From Tepidisphaera sp. (lineage in GTDB: Bacteria > Planctomycetota > Phycisphaerae > Phycisphaerales > UBA1924), in assembly GCA_050916045.1 (NCBI GenBank), contig CP051526.1, positions 3,744,001-3,808,000 on the forward strand: a stretch of 64,000 bases of DNA, given 5' to 3'. The translations under genes and the position numbers were made by a program. The notes under the pieces are model-generated. The model saw nothing but the letters and a program-made list of their open reading frames with translations. It did not search any database and was not told the origin of the DNA. Positions 1 to 9,452 of this stretch are shown here, in pieces; positions within the stretch are counted from its first letter, which is position 1; the number at the start of each line of letters is the position of its first letter.

Positions 1-349
1 ATCCGCCCGCCCCACCCGTACCGAAACCGGCGATCTGTCCAGAACCCGCCACGACCCGGCTCCCTCGGCCGCCAGCACCTCGATGCCGTGCGCAACAACC
101 GCCGCCCGATCAAGCAGGATCCGCGCCCGTCGGCTGTTCCACGCGATCTCCGCTTCGTGCGCCATGGCTCAGCATAGGGGTTCCGAGAACCGTCTCGAAC
201 GCCCCGGATCGCACGTCCCGAAACCACGTTCGCGCCAATCCCCGCGCGTCATGAAGTCGCCAGCCCCAACAACCGATACATCGCGCATAGGCCGCGCAAC
301 CGCTCCATCCGGACGGAGGCGTGCGCCTCCCAGAGGTCCGAGAAGCCGT

Positions 350-2593
350 ATGAACTCCGAGAACCCGAATAATTCACCGGCCACGAGCCTCCCCACCACC
401 GATCCGGTGCTCGCCGACGCCCTTTCAGGCATCGAGCAAGGCCTCACCCAGATCCGACGCATGTCTCGCGAAGCCGACGAGCTCCGCCAGCGGCTCGACG
501 CCCAGCAAGCCGCGCTTCGCTCACGCGAAATCGCCGTCGCCGACAAGATCACCGCGCTCGACGCCGACAAGCAGCAACTCGAAACCGAACGCCTCGCCCT
601 CCGCGACGACCGCGCCGCTCTCGACGAACTCACCACCTGGACGGAACAGAAGCACGCCGAACTCGCCACCCGCGAGCAGGCTCTCCACACCCGCGAATCC
701 ACCATCCACACCCGCGAAAGCGAGGTCGCCGAACTCGAATCCGGGCTCAACACCCGACGCGATGAGCTCCGAAGCCTTGCCGAGAACATTGAAGCCCGCA
801 AATCCGAACTCGAATCCCGCGAGCAGGCCTTCGCGCAGCGCGAGAAAGCCCTCGCCGAACTCGAGTCCGCCCTGAACGCCCAACGCGACACCATCACCGC
901 CCAGACCACCGAACTCGCCGCTCAACGGCAGAATCTCGCCGCCCAGGCCACCCGCCTCGCCGAAGTCGAGAAGGACATCGCCAAACGCGAAACCACCGCC
1001 AAGGAATCCCTCGCCAAAGCCGAACAGGCCGAAGCCCGCGCCAAACGCGACCAGACCGATCTCGCTCAGCTCCGCCAGAACCTCACCAGCGCCCAGCAGC
1101 AAGCTTCACAGATGCTCAAAGCTCTGCAGGAAGCCACCGCCCGCGCCGAAGCCGCCGAAAAAGTCGCTCTCGACCTCCGCACCGAACTCGACCTGTCCGC
1201 TTCCCGCGACGAGGAAGCCCAGGCCGCCGCTCAGGATCGCGATGCGCTCCGCAAAGCCGCCGAAACCCTCCGCGACAAGCTCCGCGAGACCGAGGAACGC
1301 GAAGCCCGCCTCAACGCCGCCGTCAAAGCCCTCCGCGAACAGGGCGACGTCCTCGCCAAGGAACGCGACGAACTTAAGATCGCCGTCGAACGCGCCAACG
1401 ACTCCGCCGCCAAAGCCAGCGCGGACCCCGCAGAACTCGCCTCGCTCAAATCCACCCTCGCAAAGGCGGAGTCCGAACGCGACGAAAACAGCACACGCCT
1501 CTCCGGCACGCTCAAGGAACTCGGCGACGCCCGCCTGATCATCGATGACCTCCGCGCTCAACTCGAACAGCACGAGAGAGACACCAAGGAGCTCGAAACC
1601 GTCCTCGACCAGCTCCGCGAACGCCTCCGCACCGAAGCCGCGAAAGCCGAAGCTTTCGCCGAGCAGGCTCGCGCCTCCGGCCAGACGCAGCCGGCACCCC
1701 AGACCGCCCCCGCCGCCGGAACTGCAAACCCCCTCCGGATGCGCCGCATCGAGCTCGCCCGCAAGCTCGCTCGCGACAAAGCCAAGAAGATCCGCCGCGT
1801 CAGCGACGCGCTCGGCAAGCGGTACGAGCAATGCGAACAGGTCCTCGCGCTCCGTCAGGATGTGCTCGCCGCCAAACGCACCGTCGAAGCCGCCCACCGC
1901 AAGCAGCAGGGCGAGGAAGCCCGAAGCCGCACCGCTTCCTCCCTCTTCTTCCTCGCCTGCACCGCGAGCGTCCTCGCCGTCGGAAGCTGGTTCCTCGCCG
2001 GACAGGTCGCCCCCGAAACCTACACCGCCAAGGTCGTCTTCGCCGCAGACAGCCCCGACCGCCAGCTCAGCGCCGGCGAACTCGAGGAGTGGAACTCCTT
2101 CCATACCCAGCTCGTCGAGGATCCTCGCTTCCACGAGTTCGCGTCGCAACGGCTCGGCAAGCAGGGCATCGCCGCTCTGGGCACGCCCACCGCACTCCGC
2201 GAACGCCTCAAGGAGTCCGCCGAGGTCACGAGCAACAAGCCCGGCGAGATGACCATCGAAATGAAGGGCCTCGGACGCGAACGCGTCGAACGCGAGCTTC
2301 AAATGATCGCCATCACCCTCCAAAGCCAAGCCCGCGAAGCCAAGGACCGACGCGCAGACGGCGCCAACACCATCATCAGCCAGCCCGCCAAAGCCGGCGC
2401 CGAACCTGTCGAAAGCGTCCGCATGGTCTACGCCGGAGGCATCTTCGGCGGCGGAGTCCTCATCTTCGGAGTCCTCGCCGGAGTCTTCTGGTCACGCCTC
2501 GCCAACGCCAAGATGAAGTTCGACCTCAGCCAGTCCGTCGAAGCCACAGCCGATGAAGAACGCTGGAACAAGTTCGAACGCAAAGCAGCTTGA
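350..2593 (+). CDS. Long coiled-coil protein (~520 aa heptad region) with C-terminal TM-extracytoplasmic domain-TM anchor
   Basis: ATG at 350 (MNSENPNN) in frame with ORF 83..2593; A/E/R/L/Q-rich heptads; hydrophobic segments SLFFLACTASVLAVGSWFLAG and MVYAGGIFGGGVLIFGVLAGVFW; followed by a terminator. Confidence 0.8.
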   Translation: MNSENPNNSPATSLPTTDPVLADALSGIEQGLTQIRRMSREADELRQRLDAQQAALRSREIAVADKITALDADKQQLETERLALRDDRAALDELTTWTEQKHAELATREQALHTRESTIHTRESEVAELESGLNTRRDELRSLAENIEARKSELESREQAFAQREKALAELESALNAQRDTITAQTTELAAQRQNLAAQATRLAEVEKDIAKRETTAKESLAKAEQAEARAKRDQTDLAQLRQNLTSAQQQASQMLKALQEATARAEAAEKVALDLRTELDLSASRDEEAQAAAQDRDALRKAAETLRDKLRETEEREARLNAAVKALREQGDVLAKERDELKIAVERANDSAAKASADPAELASLKSTLAKAESERDENSTRLSGTLKELGDARLIIDDLRAQLEQHERDTKELETVLDQLRERLRTEAAKAEAFAEQARASGQTQPAPQTAPAAGTANPLRMRRIELARKLARDKAKKIRRVSDALGKRYEQCEQVLALRQDVLAAKRTVEAAHRKQQGEEARSRTASSLFFLACTASVLAVGSWFLAGQVAPETYTAKVVFAADSPDRQLSAGELEEWNSFHTQLVEDPRFHEFASQRLGKQGIAALGTPTALRERLKESAEVTSNKPGEMTIEMKGLGRERVERELQMIAITLQSQAREAKDRRADGANTIISQPAKAGAEPVESVRMVYAGGIFGGGVLIFGVLAGVFWSRLANAKMKFDLSQSVEATADEERWNKFERKAA

Positions 2594-2615
2594 CGACAAC
2601 CGACGCCCAAACACA

Positions 2616-2644
2616 AAAGCCCCGGGCCGTCAGCCCGGGGCTTT
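2616..2644. terminator. Bidirectional rho-independent terminator
   Basis: AAAGCCCCGGGC-cgtca-GCCCGGGGCTTT perfect 12-bp stem between convergent genes. Confidence 0.8.
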
Positions 2645-2671
2645 CTTGTTGATTCACTCGTCATGAACTGT

Positions 2672-3490
2672 TCACGCCATGCGGAAGACGATCTCGCCGG
2701 TCGACGCCGCTCGCCCGCGGGCGGCCGACACCAGAGCAAGCCGCATCGGCTCGTTGCCCTGCAGGTTCACTTTGCGACGCACCAGAATCCCGTTGCTCTC
2801 AAACTCGTCCAGCTGCGCGGCGACCTTCCCGTCCTCATCCAGCACGACCAGACGGAGCGTGTGCCCCTCGGCCACCGACGTCTCGCAATAAAGCAGCGCC
2901 TGCGACCATTCCGGGCTCGTGTACACCGCGGCGCTCCCGCGCTGCGTCTCGCGGGCGGCGGCCATCAGATACCGGCCGACATCTTTGCCGAAGAGCTGCT
3001 CACGCATGAACTCCGCGCCGAAGGTGTCGACCATCTTCGCTGTCTCGAGATTCTCGCGGGTCGCACTCTCAAGCCTCGCGCCCGTCAGTCGGACGTGGAT
3101 CAGCGCCGCGCCCATCACCAGAGCAGCCGTCGCGAACCCGATCGCGCTCGCACGCCACACGCGGTGCACGCCGGCGGCTCGCATCATCGGAAGGGGCCGG
3201 GCCCGATCCGAAGCGTCGTGCGTCCGGGCGACGACGCCCTGAGCTTCCGACGCGGCTTGCACCTGCGCCATCCGCACCGCTTCACGCACCTTGGGCCACA
3301 GCGATTCCGGCAGGTCGACCTGCGGGAGGAGGGCGTCGACCCGGCAAAGGCGGGCCTGCTCCTGGCGGATCTGCGCCTGGAGCGCGGCCGGAGCCGCGTG
3401 GAACGCACGCTCGAACGCTTCGCGGTCCTGCTCATCGAGCAGGCCGAGCGAATCGAGTTGGGCGCTTTCGAGAAGTTCCTGGATCGTCAT
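2672..3490 (-). CDS. Membrane-anchored anti-sigma factor (RskA-like)
   Basis: N-terminal anti-sigma-like helix (ELLESAQLDSLGLLDEQDREAFE), single TM, start overlaps the stop of the ECF sigma gene. Confidence 0.7.
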   Translation of the reverse strand: MTIQELLESAQLDSLGLLDEQDREAFERAFHAAPAALQAQIRQEQARLCRVDALLPQVDLPESLWPKVREAVRMAQVQAASEAQGVVARTHDASDRARPLPMMRAAGVHRVWRASAIGFATAALVMGAALIHVRLTGARLESATRENLETAKMVDTFGAEFMREQLFGKDVGRYLMAAARETQRGSAAVYTSPEWSQALLYCETSVAEGHTLRLVVLDEDGKVAAQLDEFESNGILVRRKVNLQGNEPMRLALVSAARGRAASTGEIVFRMA

Positions 3491-4062
3491 GTGGTCATTT
3501 CCTCGCTCGTTCGTTCACGGAGCCTCGTCAGTGCACGACTGAGCGCCGACTTGATGGTCCCCAATGGAGTGTTCAACTCTTCCCCGATCTGCCGGAGGGT
3601 CTGCCCTCCGAGATAAGCCCTTGTCACTACCGTCCGCTGCAATTCCGGGAGCGACTCGATCTTCTTGAGCATCGCGGTCAGCCGCTCCTCACGCTCCGCC
3701 GAGGTCGGCCCCGGCTTGAGCTCCGCCATCGAAACGCCCTGCGCCTCATCAAGAGACGAAGGCCTGATCCTCGCCCGCGTCCGCCGCATCCGATCGACCA
3801 ACTGCCGACGCGCGATCAGGATCACCCAGGTCACCAGCGCTGCCCGCTTGGGGTCGTATCGGTCGGCCGTCCGCCAAAGCCGCACGAAGATCTCCTGAAC
3901 GGCATCCTCGGCATCCCCGCGCGCCGGAACTGCTTGGAAAGCCATCCGGTACACCAGCGACCCGAACCGCTCATAGAGCAGGGCAAGACCGGCCTCGCTG
4001 TTGGCGGCCACTTGCCGCATCAACTCGAGGTCCTTCACGCCCTGTTCTTCACGCTGCGTCAT
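3487..4062 (-). CDS. ECF RNA polymerase sigma-70 factor (SigK-like)
   Basis: Region 2 DAEDAVQEIFVRLW...WVILIARR; region 4 LPELQRTVV...EELNTPLGTIKSALSRAL. Confidence 0.92.
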   Translation of the reverse strand: MTQREEQGVKDLELMRQVAANSEAGLALLYERFGSLVYRMAFQAVPARGDAEDAVQEIFVRLWRTADRYDPKRAALVTWVILIARRQLVDRMRRTRARIRPSSLDEAQGVSMAELKPGPTSAEREERLTAMLKKIESLPELQRTVVTRAYLGGQTLRQIGEELNTPLGTIKSALSRALTRLRERTSEEMTT

Positions 4063-4404
4063 CGAACTTCCCCGACTCGGTCCACGCGTGCTTCGTGGCT
4101 TTTCCGGGTGGTGCGGCCCCGTGGCCTGGTTTCAACCCTCCTGCGGCGGCTCGAACGAGCTTCCGCGTAGCGTACCCAACTTCCCTCTCCGAGGCTTCAT
4201 TCCCCGGCCTGCACATCGATTCGCACGCCGCGGCCGCGGGTTGCTGACAAGACGACAAACCGACAAGTTTTTCACCCCGTTGATCGTATTTCGTTACCCT
4301 ATCACAAGGCAAACCGCTCGATTCCGTGCGGGCCTCGTCAAGATTTGGTTGCATTGAAACCACGTTTCCTGTACCCTTTGGGCGGCCTTTGACGATCCAA
4401 GGTT

Positions 4405-5178
4405 GTGGAGGTCCTCGTGGTGACCGAGAACAGACATCGCACGCATCGTGGGACGGGGGTCCCGCGCAGCAGAGCGTTCACGCTCGTCGACGTGATCGTT
4501 TCGATCACGGTGATCGGCGTGCTGATCGGAATTCTGCTTCCAAGCCTCGCGTCGGTCCACGAAACCGCCCGCCGCACGGTGTGCACGTCCAACCTTCGCC
4601 AAGTCGGCTTGGGTGTCGCTTCCTTCGCCGATCAGAACGGCGGCCGGGTTCCCACCAGCGTCTTCAAGCAGGGCGCGCAGCAGAACTCCCAGGAGATGAT
4701 GATCCTCCGCCTGTCGGCAAGCCATCCGGCCTCCCGATCCAAAGCGACGTGGGACGGCCTGGGCATTCTCCACGAGGGTGAGTATCTTCGCGGCCCCAAG
4801 GTCTACTACTGCCCTTCTCACCACGGCGACAACCATTTCCGCGAGTTCGCTCAGGAATGGGGAATCGACGCGCAGACGGAACTGGTCGGCAACTATCAGT
4901 ACCGGGGCTCGGGCCGCGACGGCGTTCGTGACCTGTACCGCATCACCCCGTCTCGCACCGCGCTGGTTTCCGACGGCATGCGGACGCTCAGTGATTTCAA
5001 CCACATGGTGGGCGCGAACATCCTCCGCGCCGACCTCTCGACCGGTTGGGTCGACGACCGCGTCGGCTTGGGCGTCACTTCCCTGTACTCGATGGCCGCG
5101 AGCGAGGACGATCCCATCTCCTCGGGTCAGATGGATGAAGCATGGCGTCGCCTCGACGAAGCCGATGCCCACCGCTGA
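4405..5178 (+). CDS. Prepilin-type N-terminal cleavage / DUF1559-like protein
   Basis: AFTLVDVIVSITVIGVLIGILLPSLASVHETARRTVCTSNLRQVG, YYCPS motif and C-terminal NH..GANIL.AD; start codon uncertain. Confidence 0.8.
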   Translation: MEVLVVTENRHRTHRGTGVPRSRAFTLVDVIVSITVIGVLIGILLPSLASVHETARRTVCTSNLRQVGLGVASFADQNGGRVPTSVFKQGAQQNSQEMMILRLSASHPASRSKATWDGLGILHEGEYLRGPKVYYCPSHHGDNHFREFAQEWGIDAQTELVGNYQYRGSGRDGVRDLYRITPSRTALVSDGMRTLSDFNHMVGANILRADLSTGWVDDRVGLGVTSLYSMAASEDDPISSGQMDEAWRRLDEADAHR

Positions 5179-5310
5179 TCGAGTGACCGCCGTCCGTTAC
5201 GGCTGATCCCCCACCGCCAATCTTCCACGACACGGGCGATGCCCCGCGATACCGAGCAGCTTCGCGCCTTGTCGCGACCGGGCGGAAAGCTCGCGGGCTA
5301 TTCTTCGTTC

Positions 5311-6345
5311 ATGAACACCAACACTTCGGCCCGTCCGATCTCCGCGCGTCTGGTCTGGCTCTCTGCGGGGCTGTCGCTCTGCCTCTCGGGCATGGCGTTC
5401 GCGCAGCTCACCCCCGATCGCCTGTACTACGGCATCAACCGCGAGGTGCCGATGACGATCAAGGTGCCCGAGGGCAAGAAGGGCGAAGTGTCGGTCAAGC
5501 TTCTTGAAGCGGGCACCGCTAAGGAAATCGCTTCGGCGTCGGCCGCCGCGGGCGCAGTCAACCTCGCCACGCTCTTCCCGCAGATGTGGACCGACAGCAA
5601 GCCGGCGGTCGTCTACGCCCAGCTCGTCGTCGGCGAGGAGAAGATCGGTCCTGCCGTCGTGATCCAACCACTCCTCACGCCGGCATCCGCACGACCCGGG
5701 CAGGGCGGAAAGTTCCAGTTCTTGGAGTCACCCCGTCCGATCTTCAGCGGCGTGCGCGCCTATGTCCATCAGAATGTCAAGATCGAAACCTCATTGGGCG
5801 ATCTCACCATTGAACTCCGCCCCGACGTGGCTCCCAACAACGCGTGGAATTTCCGCGAACTGGCCAAAGGCGGGTTCTACACCGACATTGCCATCCACCG
5901 CATCGCGAACGACAACGGGGTGGGACAGCCCTTTGTGATCCAGGCGGGCGACCCCAACGGGAACGGACTGGGCGGGCCCGGGTACAACGTCGCCCTCGAA
6001 AAAAGCACGGCACTCCCCCACGACTTCGGCGTCGTCTCGATGGCACGCTCACCGCAGGGCCCCGACACCGCGGGTTCACAGTTCTTCGTGTGTCTGAGCC
6101 GCGAAGGGACCAGTTTCCTCGACGGGGGCTACACCACGTTCGGCCAGACCATCGAGGGGACCGACACCATCACCAAGTTGGCGAGCGTCGAGACGGTCGT
6201 CGTCAACGGCAAGGCATCGGACCGCCCGGTCAATCCGCCCAAGATCAAGAGCGTCAAGCTCGTCGACGCGGCGCCGTACGGGACCGGACCCAAGCCCGTC
6301 ACCCGCCCCGGCGCGGATGCGGGTGCCGCGGACAAAGCCCGCTGA
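5311..6345 (+). CDS. Secreted cyclophilin-type peptidyl-prolyl isomerase
   Basis: Signal peptide; FYTDIAIHRI, FVIQAGDPNGNGLGGPGY, VSMAR, AGSQFFV, LDGGYTTFG motifs. Confidence 0.92.
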   Translation: MNTNTSARPISARLVWLSAGLSLCLSGMAFAQLTPDRLYYGINREVPMTIKVPEGKKGEVSVKLLEAGTAKEIASASAAAGAVNLATLFPQMWTDSKPAVVYAQLVVGEEKIGPAVVIQPLLTPASARPGQGGKFQFLESPRPIFSGVRAYVHQNVKIETSLGDLTIELRPDVAPNNAWNFRELAKGGFYTDIAIHRIANDNGVGQPFVIQAGDPNGNGLGGPGYNVALEKSTALPHDFGVVSMARSPQGPDTAGSQFFVCLSREGTSFLDGGYTTFGQTIEGTDTITKLASVETVVVNGKASDRPVNPPKIKSVKLVDAAPYGTGPKPVTRPGADAGAADKAR

Positions 6346-6371
6346 TCAGCCGATGCACGCTGACGAGCCGC

Positions 6372-6405
6372 GTCGGGCTCTGAACTGAGTCGGGCTCTGA
6401 ACTGA
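6372..6405. repeat. Perfect 17-bp tandem duplication GTCGGGCTCTGAACTGA x2
   Basis: Copies at 6372-6388 and 6389-6405. Confidence 0.85.
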
Positions 6406-6413
6406 AAAATGAT

Positions 6414-6441
6414 CGCGGCCCCGCACAAGTGCGGGGCCGCG
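6414..6441. terminator. Terminator hairpin between convergent genes
   Basis: CGCGGCCCCGCA-caag-TGCGGGGCCGCG, with an A-run shortly before and a T-run shortly after. Confidence 0.7.
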
Positions 6442-6466
6442 GTGTTTTTAGAGAGCGATCGCTGCT

Positions 6467-6982
6467 TTAGCGGCGGCGACGACCCATCGCCATGCCGGCC
6501 AGGCCGAGCATCGCGAGCGAAGCGGGAGCCGGAACGATGTTCAGGCCGCCGATCATCTTGTACTCGAACGACGTCGCGCCCTGGAAGCTCGTGACGCGCA
6601 CATAGAACGTGCCACCCGCGGTCGAGTTGTACTCGAGCGAGGAGAACAGGTTGATGTTGCTGTCGTCATCGAAGGCGATCAGGTTGCCGGCAGAGTCGAA
6701 CAGCTCGAGGAAGCTGTCCGCGGGCGGGTTGCTGTTCGGACGGCCGTAGATCGCGATCCGGATCTGGCTCGGGCCAGCCACGGAGAACGCGAACCAGTCC
6801 TGGTCGGTCGAAGGGGAGATGGCCCCGTCAACGACGAACGCATCGCCCGGGGGCGAATAGCTGCCAATGTCGTTGGCCGTGGCCAAGCTGTCATTGGATT
6901 CTTCTTCGATGTAGAAATCAGCGGAAGCGACACCGGCCAAGGCCGTGGCCCCGATGATTCCCACCACTAGAGACGAACGCAT
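6467..6982 (-). CDS. PEP-CTERM sorting protein with PPC-like (pre-peptidase C-terminal) domain
   Basis: Signal peptide MRSSLVVGIIGATALAGVASA; E.ESNDS.ATA, D.DWFAF, DS.LELFD...DDD motifs; tail VPAPASLAMLGLAGMAMGRRRR; GGAGG RBS. Confidence 0.88.
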   Translation of the reverse strand: MRSSLVVGIIGATALAGVASADFYIEEESNDSLATANDIGSYSPPGDAFVVDGAISPSTDQDWFAFSVAGPSQIRIAIYGRPNSNPPADSFLELFDSAGNLIAFDDDSNINLFSSLEYNSTAGGTFYVRVTSFQGATSFEYKMIGGLNIVPAPASLAMLGLAGMAMGRRRR

Positions 6983-7363
6983 CACAAACCTCCCTCTTGG
7001 TTGACAAACCCCTGAACAGGGCCATGGCAAAAACATCCGTTGCCACGGCTCGTCGTCAATGTGCATCAAGAACAGCCCCCCGACCACCCAAAGTCAGAAT
7101 TTCCCGTCACATCACGGTGATTCCACACTCGGAAATCCTGACGCCACCCTGACTTGTCCGTTTTCGGACGCTCAGCCCGTGAATCCGGTCAACCTGTGCC
7201 GCCCATGACGGACGGTCGCTCGGCCGAACGCCGCGCTTCGGCAAATCCGCTGGCCCCAAGCCGGTTCCGGATGCAAGGTGGTCGGACGGGGGCTGCCGCG
7301 ACGCGGCGGGCCTGCCATAGCACCAAAACACCCATAATGGGGATATATCAGGAGAGACCGGAA

Positions 7364-8086
7364 ATGAAGACGTTTGTGCTCGCGATGGCGGCGGCGGCGG
7401 GGCTTGCGGGAGCGGCCAACGCGGCCTTTTTCAGCTTCGCTTCGGATACCGCGAACCGTCAGTGGACGTTCAAGGGGTTGGGCAACACGGTGACGCAGGG
7501 CGACGTGAACGGGTCGGACATCGACCTCACTCTCAACAACGACAACGGCGGGGCGCAGGTCAACATCGCGACCAAGTTCTTCGCGAACTGGACGCTCACC
7601 CACGTCTCAAGCACGAACGTGGGGCCGTATGTCGCGCACAGCTACCGCGCGACGGGCATGTTCGAGTGGCGGGACGCGAGCACGGGCGCGATGGTGCTTC
7701 GCGGCGACTTCACGGACGCTCTATTCACGGCAACGGGCCGCGCGAACTCCTGGGACAGCACGGCGACGGTGATGGGTGCTGACAGCTACACGCAGTTCGG
7801 GTACACGAGCGGAATCAACGATCCGTCGGTGGGCATGGCGATCGGAGCGATGAGCGGCCCGCAGGACTTCGGGTTCACCCTCACGGTGATCAACACCTCC
7901 GGCGCGCTTCCGTACATCCCCAACAACGCGAACCGCGGTTCGACGCTCGGCGCGGATCTTCTTCCCAACCGCCAGTGGTGGTCGGAAGGGAGCTTCTCCG
8001 GTTCGGCGGTTCCGACGCCGGGCTCGGTCGCGCTGCTTGGCCTTGGCGGCGTGCTCTGTGCGAAGCGGAATCGCAAACAGGCTTGA
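7364..8086 (+). CDS. PEP-CTERM sorting protein
   Basis: Signal peptide MKTFVLAMAAAAGLAGAANA; tail VPTPGSVALLGLGGVLCAKRNRKQA; AGGAG RBS. Confidence 0.88.
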   Translation: MKTFVLAMAAAAGLAGAANAAFFSFASDTANRQWTFKGLGNTVTQGDVNGSDIDLTLNNDNGGAQVNIATKFFANWTLTHVSSTNVGPYVAHSYRATGMFEWRDASTGAMVLRGDFTDALFTATGRANSWDSTATVMGADSYTQFGYTSGINDPSVGMAIGAMSGPQDFGFTLTVINTSGALPYIPNNANRGSTLGADLLPNRQWWSEGSFSGSAVPTPGSVALLGLGGVLCAKRNRKQA

Positions 8087-8131
8087 TGACCACCTACGCC
8101 ACTCCTGACGCGTGACAGGATGGTTCTCCAG

Positions 8132-8166
8132 GCACCGCCCGCGTGACTATCGCGGGCGGTGCTTTC
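8132..8166 (+). terminator. Rho-independent terminator
   Basis: GCACCGCCCGCG-tgactat-CGCGGGCGGTGC-TTT. Confidence 0.7.
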
Positions 8167-8180
8167 TCATTTCGGTCCGG

Positions 8181-9044
8181 TCAGTGGCCGGCGGATCCGC
8201 GGACGACGCCCGCGAGCTCGCAAGCCATGGTCTTCGCGGCGGCTTCGACCGCGGCGGTCCACCGCTCACCGTGTTCGGGCTTGGCGTAGATGATGGAGCG
8301 GCTTGCCGTGACGAGGACGCCGCGTCCGTCGGGGCGGAGCAGAGCCCGGATGTCCTCGGGTTTGCCGCCCTGAGCGCCGTACCCGGGGACGAGGAAGACC
8401 TGATTGGGCATGACGGCTCGCAACGCTTGGCCGTCGGCGCTTTTGGTTGCGCCGACGACAGCTCCGACGCTGCTGAGTCCGCACGCGCCGACGTGTGCTT
8501 CGCCGAGCGAGTGCACCATCGCGCCCATGGCTTCGGCGACCGAGCGGCCGTCGGCGAGTCGCTGCGACTGAACGGCGTCGCTGTCGGGATTGCTGGTGCG
8601 GACGAGGATGAAGACTCCGAGCCCGGCCTGGAGATAGGGCTCGATCGTGCTGGGCCCGAGGTATCCGTTGAGGGTGACGGCGTGAGCGCCGATCGCGGCG
8701 GCGGACGCGGCGTAGTGGGTTGCGGAGATGCCGATATCGCCGCGTTTGCCGTCGAGCACAACGAGCAGCCCCGCATCGCGGGCGTAGCGGCACGCGTGTT
8801 CGAGAGCGGAGTAGCCGGCGGAGCCGTACCGCTCGTAGCACGCGGACTGCGGCTTGATGGCGGCGGCATGCTGCTTGACGGCGTCGATGACATCGAGGCT
8901 GAAGCGCCTTATGCCGGCGGGGGCGTCCTGTTCGCTTTTGCAAGCTTCGGGGAGGGATTCAAAGACGGGGTCGAGTCCGACGCAGATGGGTGAACCGACG
9001 CGATGGATCGCTTGATCGAGGAGGTCGACGAACGCTTGGGCCAT
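8181..9044 (-). CDS. pyrF: Orotidine-5'-phosphate decarboxylase
   Basis: CVGLDP, KPQSACYE, DGKRGDIG, VRTSNP, GAVVGAT, LVPGYGAQGG, SRSIIYA motifs. Confidence 0.95.
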   Translation of the reverse strand: MAQAFVDLLDQAIHRVGSPICVGLDPVFESLPEACKSEQDAPAGIRRFSLDVIDAVKQHAAAIKPQSACYERYGSAGYSALEHACRYARDAGLLVVLDGKRGDIGISATHYAASAAAIGAHAVTLNGYLGPSTIEPYLQAGLGVFILVRTSNPDSDAVQSQRLADGRSVAEAMGAMVHSLGEAHVGACGLSSVGAVVGATKSADGQALRAVMPNQVFLVPGYGAQGGKPEDIRALLRPDGRGVLVTASRSIIYAKPEHGERWTAAVEAAAKTMACELAGVVRGSAGH

Positions 9045-9106
9045 GGCACTTGCTCCTTCGCGAGGGGATTCGCGGCGGGTCCGCCGGATGCCAACAATAT
9101 CCCTTG

Positions 9107-9448
9107 ATGAACGGCTTCCCACCAGCCCAACTCGACCTGAAGAAGGACCGCGGGCTCACGGTGGAGTGGGCGGACGGGAAAACGTCGTACTACTCGATCG
9201 GGTACCTGCGGAAGATGTCGCCCTCGGCGGACATGCGGCAGCTTCGCGAGGAAATGGCGAAAAACCCGCTGACGGTGCTTCCGAGCAAAGCCAGCTCGGC
9301 GGGCCCGCTGACGGTGGTTTCGGCGGAGCTTGTCGGAAACTACGCTCTCAAGATCACCTTCTCCGACGGGCACGACACGGGCATTTACTCGTGGCAGTAC
9401 CTGCGGGAGATCGACCCGGAAGCGCCCAAACGCACCGGCGGAGCGTAA
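9107..9448 (+). CDS. DUF971 / gamma-butyrobetaine hydroxylase-like N-terminal domain protein
   Basis: LTVEWADG...LRKMSPSA...VGNYALKITFSDGHDTGIYSWQYL. Confidence 0.88.
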   Translation: MNGFPPAQLDLKKDRGLTVEWADGKTSYYSIGYLRKMSPSADMRQLREEMAKNPLTVLPSKASSAGPLTVVSAELVGNYALKITFSDGHDTGIYSWQYLREIDPEAPKRTGGA

Positions 9449-9452
9449 AGCC

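Noticed and set aside
1..165. Possible 5' end of a minus-strand gene (MAHEAEIAWNSRRARILLD...) running off the window
   Set aside because: Only 55 codons visible and no recognisable motif
83..349. N-terminal extension of ORF 83..2593
   Set aside because: Arg/Pro/Ser-rich non-coding-like translation; ATG 350 is more plausible
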